In this document: one piece after another, positions 37,442 through 50,200 of the stretch
How the letters are laid out: every line of letters starts with the position of its first letter
How positions within the stretch are numbered: the stretch's first letter is position 1
The notes under the pieces: model-generated
What the model saw: the letters and a program-made list of their open reading frames with translations, nothing else
Databases searched by the model: none
What the model was told of the DNA's origin: nothing
Made by a program: the position numbers and the translations under genes
Assembly (NCBI GenBank): GCA_000934665.2
Contig: JYFJ02000985.1
Span: forward strand, 1 to 64,000
Length of the DNA: 64,000 nt
Direction: 5' to 3'
From: Catajapyx aquilonaris
Lineage: Eukaryota

Positions 37442-38221
37442 GATATCGATGAATATGTCCATGAATTTTTTAAATGATGGATAATAAAAATAGTAAAAAT
37501 CGTAACAATTATTTAGACGGCGTATGTGTCCCACCAGTGGAAATAAAGCACACCTGATATTTTCTATGCCCAAATATTATATAGCGTCGGGTCATAAACC
37601 GTTGAAATTGCCAGTCGCCCAACGCGTGTCGAAACAAATCTGGTGCGATTAGTCGCGCACCTTTTCTTGTGGCAATGAACAAGAAAACGGTGCATTTTTT
37701 CTTTTTCTTTTCAACTGAAAGGTTTGCAGCAAAGGTATAAGGCAAAAGCGCACCCCCCTACCAACTATATATTTTTGTGGGTCCCCTTGAAAGATTCGGC
37801 GGCGGTTTGCCTTTCTTATCTCGGCGGGCTGCGCTTGTAAAAGCCTCTCGGGAGGGAGGGCCCTTCATTTCTCATTCATTACCCCCAAGCAGCCCCGGGG
37901 CCAGCCGACCAATCAGGCCGGGGTCTGACCGCACCCCCAAACTACCAATCAGGTCCTGAGAGAGGCTCCATACTCTTGAATGTGAGTGTGTGTGTGTAAG
38001 AGTGTAGAGAGAGTCGGTGGCGATTTCAACGCCCCGGTAATGCTGTACTGGGGAGACTTGAACGTGCGGATGGACACGGAATAAGGTGCGTCTGGCTTTT
38101 GGATTTGAGTGACATTTGACCCTTCTTTTTTTTCCCCGCATTGTTGCAGTTATGGAGTGTGGTGTGACGTGTTGTGACGGCGTGGACAGTTTGGTCACCG
38201 GCATGTAAAGGGGGTCGTACA

Positions 38222-41200
38222 ATGTCGGTTGGCTCTTCCTCCGCCTTCTTTCTGCTGCTCATCTCGGTCCTGCAGCCCATCGCCAACTTCAGGTCAGATT
38301 TGTTTTTTTTTTTACACATTCACTTTTAGAGGGGGGGGGGGGGTTATAAGCCAAGGATGGACCCCATTGTTAATCTGGCCTTTTACCCGGTTCAGCCCAG
38401 ACCCGCCCAATTGTTTCGCGCCCTACATTTTCATAGGAATTCAAATGGTCAAGTGGCACCCAGAGAGCCAATTTACAGTCCAACCGACTCTTTACTTGCC
38501 AGACACATTCATATGGTGGATGAATTATGTTCATAACTATAGTGAACCCGTTGTCAAAATTTTGACAAAACTTTTTTCCTAATAGGCTTATTCTCTCCGT
38601 CTGATGTTTGTCCGATCTGATAGTGTCGCTATATCCTTTACACGACCTGAGCGTGGCAGGAGTGTGCAGATGGAGTATGGGGCCATCTATGCGTGAAGAA
38701 TAGTACTACGTGGGCCGTCACTCTCGTAATATATAGGTTTTGTCAAAATTTTGGGAACGGGTTCACTATTTGCCTGACAGATATTCATGTCAACATGGAT
38801 GAATTCTGTTCATAACTGTATAGTAAACCGGTTGCCAAAATTTTGACAAAACCTATAAATTAGCATCCGCGTAGTACTATTCTTCACGCATAGATGACTC
38901 ATACGCTATCTTCTCACTCCTGCCACGCTCAGGTCGTGTGAGAGATAGCGATACTATCAGATCGGACAAACATCCGACGGAGAGAATAAGCCTATTAGGA
39001 AAAAGATATGTTGATATGTAAATAATGATCATTTGACGGCTTGCGAACGACAGTTCACACGGGCGTCGTTGTAGTTGGGATTATGCAGTTCTTATTCGTG
39101 AATACCCACCAACAAGAGACCAAACGACAGCGACGTTCGTGTGAACCTAAGACCATGTCGATGGGCGTCGTCAGTTATTGTTACCTCCGTCAGTGTCCTT
39201 CGAGTGAGGCCATTTAACTCGTGACTTGGTGTATAGGAGAATAGACCGTTTGCATGTTGGGGGATCCGTCTTTCATGCTGGCTAATTACACGAAACATGC
39301 TCTGGAAAGAGACCTAGAGGGAGTCTGCTCCATGTATGTCTAACCGTAATGAGTCTGTTTCACGTGGTCCGCCCCCGGACATGCTCACTGCAAAAGATGA
39401 CCTTTTTTTCTCTCTCTCTCTCTCTCCCCCAGCTCCCCCACTGTTGTTTGTAAAGCCTCTCGTTTTGAACTGGAATTTCATCTCCTCCCCTTTTAGTACT
39501 GGAAGAAGTTGGAGGGGGGGAATGGAGACGTTAAAAGGGGGGTTGAGGGGGGGCTTACCTTTCGTCACCACCTAGGTGGTCGCACTATTTCAACCTCTAG
39601 GAAGGAGGAGGGTTTTTTTTCGACCATAACTCACTGACCTCCTGCGACTGACCCACCTGCGCCTTACGTCTTACTACGAACCCTGTTATTAGTAACTGTT
39701 ATGCTGGACCGGGACTGCGGCACTTTGCAAGCATCATGAGGGGGGGGGTAAAGGTGGGAGTGACGGACCGTGACATGGGGGGAAGGGACTGTCACCTGCC
39801 ACTGCTTTACACTTGTATAAACAGTCCTGTCAGCATACAGTAATGATTTTTTAGAAAATTTACCAAACAATAACAACTGGAGTTGAAGGCCTACTTGCCC
39901 TACTACAATCAATTATAAGAATTGCTGTATCACACTCTGTAAAATGCTTAGCCTATAGTTTTATATTGCCCATACACTCGGTTGCACCATTGCATGTATA
40001 GATCAGCAACCTTTGTCCTTGCCATTGTTTGGTTTATTGCTGAAGTTAATAACAAGGACAACCCTAGTTTTTCCTTGTTTAGCAATAATGAACCCTAACA
40101 CTGCTAACACTTATAGAAGTTCTAGTGCCAACACTGGTACTGCTATAGCAGTGGCGATAAAAACTCCACCATCTATCTCTTACCAACATTTAATTCCAGA
40201 CGAGGCATAATTCAAAAAAAGTGGGTACCGTTTAACCTGTGCTTCTTTATGAAAAGGGTTATGTAGGACCGGTGCTGAGACAAAGGCCAGCAGCAGTTAT
40301 GATCAAGAGTCATGTCCGATCCCCGAAATTGAAATGTGAGAGTTGGTTGATAAAGGAGGAGTAGGTGTATAGGCTGCTGGGCCTTTCTCTTCATCACCTG
40401 ATGGCCGGACCTGATCGATGGTCCGGATAAGGAGGTCCGCGCAATTTACAAGCACTCGACTCATTGGATCAGGCTACACTTCATTATCCTCGGTTAGCAA
40501 TGATGTCAGCTCGTGATTTAGACAAGTTGCCGCTTTATGGCCTGGTCAACCCGATTTTATAATTTATATAGATCGGTTTTTTTATTTATTTAAATACGCT
40601 GTTTTTTATAGCCGATCAGTTGAGGTCTTATTATAAGAGGTTGACAGATTAGTTTTGGAGATTGTGGTGGACATCAGTATTCGTGTGGCCGTGTCAATTA
40701 AGAGGCTCTTTAGAAGGAAGGTGGACGTGCTGGTTGGAGAGAACCGGGCATATTTCACGGGTAGCTGACTGCGGTGATGATTCCCGGACTGGTCGTTGTC
40801 CACTTAACAGGTGGCATTTATTTCCCCACCTAATAGCGCTTATGAGATAGGGACCTTTTCGAGATGCTTTCTCATTCCGAGGGAACTGCTGTTGATGTGC
40901 TGGGTGAATTAGATGGGAACTTGCAGGTGCGGGGTATCACGTTTCTATATAGGACGGTTTGTTGCTTGCATACACGCAGGTACAGGGTGATTATGCATTT
41001 CGACAGCCAATAAGACGAAGCGAAAGTTGCATTTCTTGCCTAGTCGGCAAGTGCGGCTTATAAAATTTGGCGAGCAATTGAGTATGGCGATGCAATCTGC
41101 GGAAGAGAACCTCCGCAGCAGTTATTCCCCGAGGCCTCGTACAAATTAACAGTCCTCATTAGCTCCCTGGTGATAGATATCCCAAGGGTTATCTGCGACA

Positions 41201-44200
41201 GTCCCCGAGTTAACATGCGGGCAATCGAGTTGTCCAGATTCTTACTTCCGAGGCCTTCGTTTCCCAACCTGTTTAGCCCAGATTTTTTTTTCTTTCTTTC
41301 TTCTTCTTCATTCCCTTCTTTGACTCTCTTTTCTCTCGTCCTCCCACTCTCTTGGCTTGTATCAAACGGGGCTTGTTTGTTTTTCAGATGCCAAAGGGGG
41401 CGGTGCACCACTTATTCCTCCTCTTCTCTTTGTGTGGCTGTTGGATTTGCCCACCATTTTGCTCCCGTCTCAATTCATTACCTTGGTTTTCTCCCAGATG
41501 GTTTTGCGGTTTTGTCACTTTATGACATGTCGTAAAGTAATAACCATGATTGAACTACGTGATTGGAATCGAGGTTTGATTTAGTGCCGGGTGAGACTTG
41601 TATATGATCAACAGCTGCGGCAGAACTGGATAGTGAGCATTGACGGTTATTGATTATGAAGTACCGGTGTGTATGCTAATATCAGATATGTTTACAAAAC
41701 AAGCCAACAACTAGTTTTCGCTCCGATTAGCCCTAACCACAATATACAGCTGGCCAGGGGCGACGTGATCAACAAGCGCAAAAAAAAATTGAATTCTAAC
41801 ATCTCACTTGACATGCATTGATCATGCCATTAGTAACCGTAAGCATGTAGTAAAACCTATATTTTGAATTTAGTAGTTCAGGATCGATCGAGAGATAGTG
41901 TTTATAAACTGACGCTTTGTTGACGGTGTGACGACTTGTTTCTGTTTGCGGCTTGTCAGTAATGTTTCACTTACGCCATATCAACTATCCACACACATCC
42001 AGCATTCAAATAATGAATGATATTCATGGGGGTATATATATTTAGATCGACATCCATAAGAACGTGAATGATGTCGAACTGTGGCGAAATGTTGGATGTC
42101 GAGACAATAGTGTCTGTGGGTCAGTGATCATGATAATCACTCATACAGAGACAGATTAATTTCAAGGAAAAACCTGTGTGAAACGCCAATTAAAATGATT
42201 CCTAACTCTCCTCAAAATGTTTTAAGGGTTTGACATAATATGTTAGCATGTAGTTATAGCATGAACAATAGGTATAAAGAGGGCTAACATTATGGTCAGA
42301 AGTCAGTTACTTTCACCTTATATGATGATATGAGATAACAAGTGATGCTGCTTACCTGGCGACCTTCTGAGAAAAACTGAAAATAACTTGGGAACATACA
42401 GTTCACATTTATTATAAGGAGAACCGAGTATATATACCTGCTGTAAATAACCCCCCATCAAATTCCAAATTTAGACTCCCACCAGGTCCTTTTTACAAAG
42501 AAACATCTCGATGGTGTTAAGTGTCCGTGGTGTAATTCCAGCACTTGAAGACGCTAAAGTGGTGCTGAGGGATGATATTCCTACTGCCGTAATCACAGGC
42601 CTTTTGGTATATATAAGAGCAGCATGCATTTTCGCAGTAACCCATCAGATTGCCCCGGAGTCCGTTCAGCGGAATCGGGTTGGATGACCCTTAACGAGTA
42701 ATTTGGAGTGATATAGCCCTGGCTTGGGGATGCTGCAAACCTGTCATTAAGTAGCGCCTAAGAACTGTAATCTGGAGACTGAGAGAGCCTCAAAAGATAA
42801 CGAGAATCTTTCGCACTGTTGTGTCTCGCGGGCTCGATTCATTTTCGTTGCGGATTTTTGTGCGACCAAATTGCGTGCGAGCTAATGACAACGTTGCTTC
42901 CTGTACGCACGCGTTAGAGACACTTTGGATTACTATGATCGCAGATCCTTGAAAGTTTTGCTGGAGCGAAAGTTTCCTCCTTGAACAATTTGGCAATGGA
43001 AGAGCAGCATCGTTTGGAGGATTAGAGCTATCAACATTGGCTTGGGGGTGTGTGTGGGACTGTGCGAGAGGACTTTCTTATCCGACAGTAACGAATCGTC
43101 GGGGGTGAGTTGTGTCCCTTAGTGACATATGTGGCAGGCTAATCAGTTGATAATCGGATCAAAACAGCATCGGTCTGCGGCGACCTGTTGGGCTGGCTGG
43201 CTGGCTCGGAAGCTTCACAAATCCGCGGCCTTGTATTCCCGGGGCCCCTATTCGGAATAACTCCTACGTGGAATTGCTAATGAGCTCGTGGCCAAAAAAC
43301 TGCGGTTGTCACTCTTCCAGGCCCTAATCGTGACAAGCGATTGGAGCAACAATGGCTTTGGCGACAATGTGGCTTATCGGCTGGCCCCGGGCACGCTATA
43401 CAAAACATATATATTGCAAGGAGGTTATTGGCGATTCATCTAAGGTTGCAAAATAGGTCCTTTAGCATTTTTGGGTGGATTTAACTTTCTTTGCATTTTG
43501 GTGAATGGAAAGTTGTCCCCCTGCTGCTATCACCTTATACGGGGATATGATTTTGGAATATGGGAATCGTTGGCGGTTGGTGCTGAAACACCATAATTTG
43601 CGCCTAGTCCTGACACCTTGTGATTCGGCATTTTCACCTGTTTACATCTGAATGTCTCATAATACAGGATTAAACTCACCATTGTGCAGGGAGAAGTTGT
43701 CCGAAAGTGGACTTCTTCTTTTGAAGTTGTAGCGTGTATAACTGCTGACAAATAAAGGGTTTGCGAACCTGCAAAGTTCGATATTTCGAGCAAAAACAAA
43801 CACAAAGCAACGGCCTGTATGTATCGAGCCTATAGTAACTCATCCAAAATGATGAAGAACGACATTGCATAATCTTATTACACCCTTCCAGGTACTCTGA
43901 CAAGGTGTTATTAGAGGCATCACCCTTCCAGTATAATTATCACAGTGGGTGCTGCTACCAGCCATGTTATTATGCCTATGTGACGGCTGCTGTTGACTCA
44001 CTCTTGTCCACAGATGTACTTCGGCTCTGCCCATTATTTCCCTCGAGGGTTAATTTCCCAGCCAGCCAGCCAGCCAGGTATCCATCGGATTCGAAGAAAA
44101 AAAAAGGGGAAAGAAAAGGTTTTACAACGCCTGTTGGTTTCCGTCGATTTGAAGGCCCGAATGGAGAAGGTGCCTATGCAGTTTGGTCAAGGTTCATTCC

Positions 44201-47200
44201 CGCAGCATACAGGTCGGACAAAAGACCAAAAGGCTTGGCCTGCGGGGTTGAAGTCACGCTTGGTTGCTGACCTTTGACCTCCCCCCGTTAGCCCCAAACC
44301 CATTTGGCTTGAGTGCTCCTGGCGTTTATGGCGCCTCCAAAGGAACCAAGGGCAGCACCTGCTTTTGCTTCCTCATCACTAACTGCAAATTGCTTACACG
44401 AACCGATTTTTTTTAGTGCACACTGTACACGCACATTGGTTACGTAACGTGGCTGGAAGGCACACGTTGCTATTTAGCGCACCTAATTATTGCTGTACTG
44501 TCGGGAGAGGAATGGGTGTGCTTTCTATGCAAATTCCTGAGTAATCGAGCCATATTGTAAAAATGTCGATGCAACAGTGGAGGATGCGGGTGATGGATTT
44601 TCATGGGCACTGATGTTAACGCCACGGCCGCTGACACTAAGAATGGACATTACCATACTGAAAAATGGAGACACTCGATGCATAATATGTATCCGGATTG
44701 GTAGGAGGCTTATTTACATTGGGACGCCATTAAACCAGTCCGCAGCTTCCCCTTAGCCAAGAAGATGACCCTGTCGATAAATGGCCTAATTCTCCTCTCT
44801 TAAAAGCCTCCTAATTGGGGAGGCCCCCTTCGAGTCACCTGGCAGCAATTAATTGCCCCCGCACATGCCAGGCCAACCTTTCCTGACCCCCGCCGTCTGC
44901 CTTGCGGAAACACCCTGTAGTTTTCTCTCTCTCTAGTAGTGGGAAGCACCGCTCTCAAAGTTGTAAAAGAGAGAGACGGCATTCCATTTGACCCAGGGAA
45001 TTTCTTTAGGCCCCGGATTCCAAGGGCCCTATATATGCCTGTAAAGGGCCGGCTGCCCTTGAGACATATACTTTGAATTGTGGCCTTAATCAGACGCTTA
45101 ATTTGTCACGGATCATTAGTGGAGGACTTGCCTCCCCACCATCTTTTGTTCTGGGCATTTTTTCGCAATGTTATTTGCAGCATGGAGTGATTTATCATTG
45201 TGAGATTTTTTGTTGTTGTTGTAAATTGGTCCTTGATTTGCAACGTGGTGAGTAATACCTTGGCAATGGTTTTAGGGGCCAACCACTTTATTTGAAAGCA
45301 GTTATCAGGATGGGAAAAATGTCGAAATTTTTCAATCAATGAGAATGTGTGCTCGTGATATAGACACTGATTATTCTGAGCTCCAGAACACGCCCCACTA
45401 GCAAGCTTGCTAGAGACGTTTCAGAGCCTGAAGTCACGTCTATTTTGCGCGTGTGTGTGTATATACGTGTATATATATATGAGTGGTTGTCGCCTGTCAA
45501 GATGTATAATGCTTTTTTGGAGCTGCTGCCAACTAATAAGACAGGTGAATGCTGGGGAGGAGGGGAAAAGCGGTCCTATCCACGCATTTGGGGGAGGGGG
45601 GGAAGGGCCCACGATTTATGCGCAGGTGAAAAGGCAAGCGGCTGGGGATGGAGAAATTGTCACGTGATCCAGTTTTCAAGTCTTTCTAGTGTAGTGACAA
45701 CATGTGTGTGGGCGTCGAGGCGGGACACACCTGCTGGCTGCCCGGTATATAGAAAACCAGACGNGAGGACCCTGCATAACTGCTACGACGTGAATTTATT
45801 CCATCTTCAGCATCGTCCTCCTCGTGTCACACAAAAAAAAGTCGATGGAATAATCCCGTTAGGCTTCAACAAGTGAGTTTTTAGCAGTGATTGGCGCAGG
45901 TCCGGGCATCGGTTACAGGGTGTGCCAGCCTTTCTATATAGATGAATGAAGTTGAATAGAAAAGTAGTGACTGACGCCATTTTTCCTGGCAGAAATATTA
46001 TATAATATGTAACATTTCTGTATGTCACGCTAGCTAACCCACTTTCGGAGTACTGAGAGTGCTGAAACTTGGCACACTTTGGCTGATTTAGGGAAAAGTC
46101 CGAAAACTGCAATTTTTTAACAAGTCTAAACACCCAAAATTTATTATTTTAAAAATGATTTCGTAAATTGTGGCACATTTATTTACCAACAACCATGCGA
46201 ATAACCCCTGCTCGTTGTAACTATACCAATGAGAGTAACTGCTTGTATTACAAGCAGCTTAGTGCATAAATGTGGATAACAAGTTTGGATGGCATCGCTG
46301 CCTCACCCTGTATATGTATAGCAAGCAGAATCAGCAGCCAGAAGAAGCGGAAAATCAGGCCTATTAGCAACTGGCCTTGGCTCAATTAGTCCGCGGACAA
46401 GTTCAGGTCTGGTGAAGCCCACGACTCCAATTCATAACTGTCCCCATCGGTTTCTTTCGCATCCGGTTGGTCCGTCATGGCGGCGGCCCTTGCCCAGGCC
46501 AATTGCCGTCCGCCATAAAGATCGCTATCCGACCCAGCAATGGGCTGGTAATTTACTAGCGAATCTGGCTACCTATATACACACCCCGTGCTGCTCACCT
46601 TTTTTTTAAAAAAAATTGTAAAAGAGACGACCCCCAAAATTTCGGTGGTTCGTTTGATAGGACGAGTTTTTTTTTTCTTTGGCTACCTGTGGGCTACCCC
46701 TTGGAAAGACGTTGGCACGTTAGGCCTCTTCTCCTGGTGGGGATAACAAGCGTCCTGCCCTCGCACACACTGCGACCCCCTCCCAGCCAAACTGATTTAA
46801 GAGCCGGACACCGCCCCTGCACACAAGAAACAAGAAGAGAGTGGCCCATGTGGCCATCCCTCCAGAGAGAGAGAGACTATTCGTGTTTCTTCTTCCGCCT
46901 GGGTGCCCATCTCTTTTGCCCAGAAAAAGGGTTTCGGACAGTTTCGGGGACGCCTACACGATAAGCGCGATTCTATCTGGTGCTCAATTATTGCAGTATT
47001 TGCATCTAACAAGTAGGCGGATTTTATTACCTCTTTTTTTTTAAACAAATATTACAGAACTGTGTCGAGCGTGGTGGCGTTGGGAGCCAACATAATCTGC
47101 GCCAAGATCCCGGGGCTGACCCCTCGTCAGCGAGACATGTGTCGCTCTGCCCCGGACGTGCTTGTGGCCATAGGAGACGGCACCAGGCTGGGTCTCAGCG

Positions 47201-50200
47201 AGTGCCAGCACCAGTTTGCGTCCCAGAGGTGGAACTGCACGGCTGTCGGAAGCGACAACGTCTTCGGACACGTCGTCGTGGTGGGTACGTCGCTTCTTAA
47301 TTTATATCAGCACTAATCCCCTTCTTCTGTCTGTCCGCTTCTTTGTCCGTGTTGACTCATGGACTATAGTTTTCACTTTCTCCGTTCAACATTTATAGGA
47401 CATTTGGCCAGGGAGCATATACTACATAAGAGGCGCAAGCATTCGATTTTCGCGTCTCTCTGTTTGGGGCGTTACCAAGGCTGGCGGCCATTTTAAAGTG
47501 TGGGTAACGCCAACGAGGTATAAATAGGGTACAGGCAAAAATAGGGTCCACCATCTTTGATTCGCGCGTGTTCTTGCCGTGTAGTTACCATGGCCGCCAC
47601 AACCATCAAAGATGGCGGACCATATTTTTGCCTGTACCCTATTTATACCTCGTTGGCGTTACCCACACTTTCAAATGGCCGCTAGCCTTGGCAACGGCCT
47701 CAAACAGAGAGACGCGAACATCAAAGGCGCCGACAGAAGTTTGCGCCTCTTATATGTAGTACTATATGCTCCCTGATTTGGCTGTCAGAGAGGGGGGACC
47801 ACTTCACTTGAGCTCTGGATGTAGCACCCTGGTGGGCTTTGTCCGCGGTGACTCATCACCAACGTGCATGTAGTATACTTTCCCCCTGAGAGTGGCAGGA
47901 GTGTGCATAGCCAATGAGCCAGACTTCCGGGTGGGCCAAGCAGTGTTGCCAAATACTAGTTGTAACAGTCAGAAATGTGAAATGACACCGGCCTTCCAGC
48001 GCTGATTGGCCTAGGCGATATCGCACCAGCATGCGACAGGACGTCTGGGATAATCAAGCGATTGGGGGGCCCATAAATCGCGTCGTAGGGGCCAATTTGC
48101 GTCGCGAGCTGCTTGTTTTCCCGCCTAAAATGGGTCTCCTTCTCATTAATTTTATCCTTGGGTAATTAAGAGCCCTTGCACTTGTACCTCGCTCTCTAGC
48201 CGATAAGGCGACACCTTTTTTTTTGTGTGTGTGGGAATGATGTCACCTTATATAGGACCCAACCCGCTGGGTACAGATTCTAAGAGTTGATGCATTTTTG
48301 TCGGAAGTGTTTAGAGACGGCCATCTTGGAGGGTCCAGCATCTGCTGTAATAAGGTCCGAGGTAATGAAGAGAGTGAAGATGTGACCACGCCCCGTTCCC
48401 ACCGAGACTTGAGGGGGGGGGATAGGAATGGTCGAATGGAGAGTAGCCAGATGGATCGGACAATGATTTTTACCTGAATTATCGTGGGCCGGATCGGAAT
48501 GTTGAGGACCGCTTGGAGGGGGATTGGAGCGGAGTTGTCACGTCGGCGGGGGTCTCAAAGGGGTCTTCAATTTTTTTGGGGGTTGGATGGAGATCAACCC
48601 TCCCACCCACCCCTGGTCATGATGACCACCTGGCAACCCTGGGTGCCTGCTGGAGAGAGAAGTAGAAATGCGTGGTCATGAGCGGCCTAATTAATGAGGT
48701 CCCATCCGGAGGCGGCATACCACAACCCCCGGACCCCATTTATCCCCGCTTGTAAAACAAAGGGATTTAATTACCCGGCGCGAAGGCTCACCCACCACAC
48801 CTTCAACATTCAAGCCTATTCCACACAGACTTGTTTTTGTTTCTTCGGCTGTTTCAGTTTGTGGTCAAGACTCAGGCCCCAACAATAATCTGGGGAGATC
48901 GTGACTGGAGATGGCAGCTGGGTGTACATATATGCGATGCTTATCTGCTCAGGTGTGAACGTGGCTTTACGCCCAGTCCTTCCTGGATGATTTGTCAGTC
49001 GGCGATTCACCAAGGAGATAGAGACGTCGCCGACGTTTTTGCATTCCTTGTTATACCTACGCCAGTTTGCATATACTGGCAACATTAGCTGAACGACATA
49101 TAAAAAGCAATTTTTTTTTTACTATCCGATCGGTGAATGAAGAAATATGTTGTAGCCAAGAACGTGTCAAGCGCCGCCTAATGAATGGATTCAAGTCGTC
49201 GTCTAGGTGGAAAAAAAAAAAAAAAAAACGGATCATAATCTTTTGTCGGCGATTTTCTTCCGATCGATCACAAAGCCCCGTCAGAGTCTGGAGCGATCTA
49301 CCACGAAGCCGCTGTAAATGGAAGTCCCGTGCGGTGCAACCGGGAAGATATATTTGTCCCACCGGCGGGGGGTGAAAAACCCCCTGCTCTTTAAGTGAGG
49401 CCATTTATCCGAATCAAACTCTTCGATTAGTTCGCCCCGTCGACGGTGGGCACCACCCCCACTGGAGGGGTTAACAACTTCTTAGAAATCAGGTCTGGGA
49501 ATTAAAATCTGCAATTAAATCATCGCTTCAATGAATGGGGTCCTGGGATTTGGAAAATGAATAGCTCAGCCATAGTTATAAACACACCACTTTTCAACAC
49601 CAAAATGGTTATACCTCGACAAAATATCAAATTGGTGGGGAAAAGGGGGCGTGGCCTAACGGGCGCATTGCGATTCCTGCCTAACAGTGACGTCAGCAGA
49701 CCTGCTTTACTGGCGGCAGGGAGCATATACTACATAAGAGGCGCAAACTTCTGTCGGCGCCTTTGATGTTCGCGTCTCTCTGTTTGGGGCCGTTGCCAAG
49801 GCTGGCGGCCATCTTGAAGTGTGGGGAACGCCAACGAGGTATAAATAGGGTACAGGCAAAAATAGGGTCCGCCATCTTTGATGGTTTTGGCGGTCATGGC
49901 AACGACACGGCAAGGACACGCGCGAATCAAAGATGTGGACGCTATTTTTGCCTGTACCCTTATTCATACCTCGTTGGCGTTCCCCACACTTCAAGATGGC
50001 CGCCAGCCTTGGCAACGCCCCAAACAGAGAGACGCGGAAATCGAATGTTTGCGCCTCTTATGTATAGTATATGCTCCCTGCTGGCGGTCTGTTCGATTCC
50101 GTTGTTAGGCGCATCAACAAAGCAAACAAACAAAGGTGCGTTCCTGCCTCTGCACCGATCTGTTCAGCCACAGTGACGTCAGGGACAAGACGGTACCGTA

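Noticed and set aside
37227..37484. Repetitive ORFs in all three frames
   Set aside because: Artefact of the 22-bp tandem repeat.
39000..47000. Short ORFs in Wnt7 intron 1
   Set aside because: No recognisable domains, coding bias or consistent splice structure. The TAAT/GATA-rich patches may be enhancers but cannot be supported without alignments.
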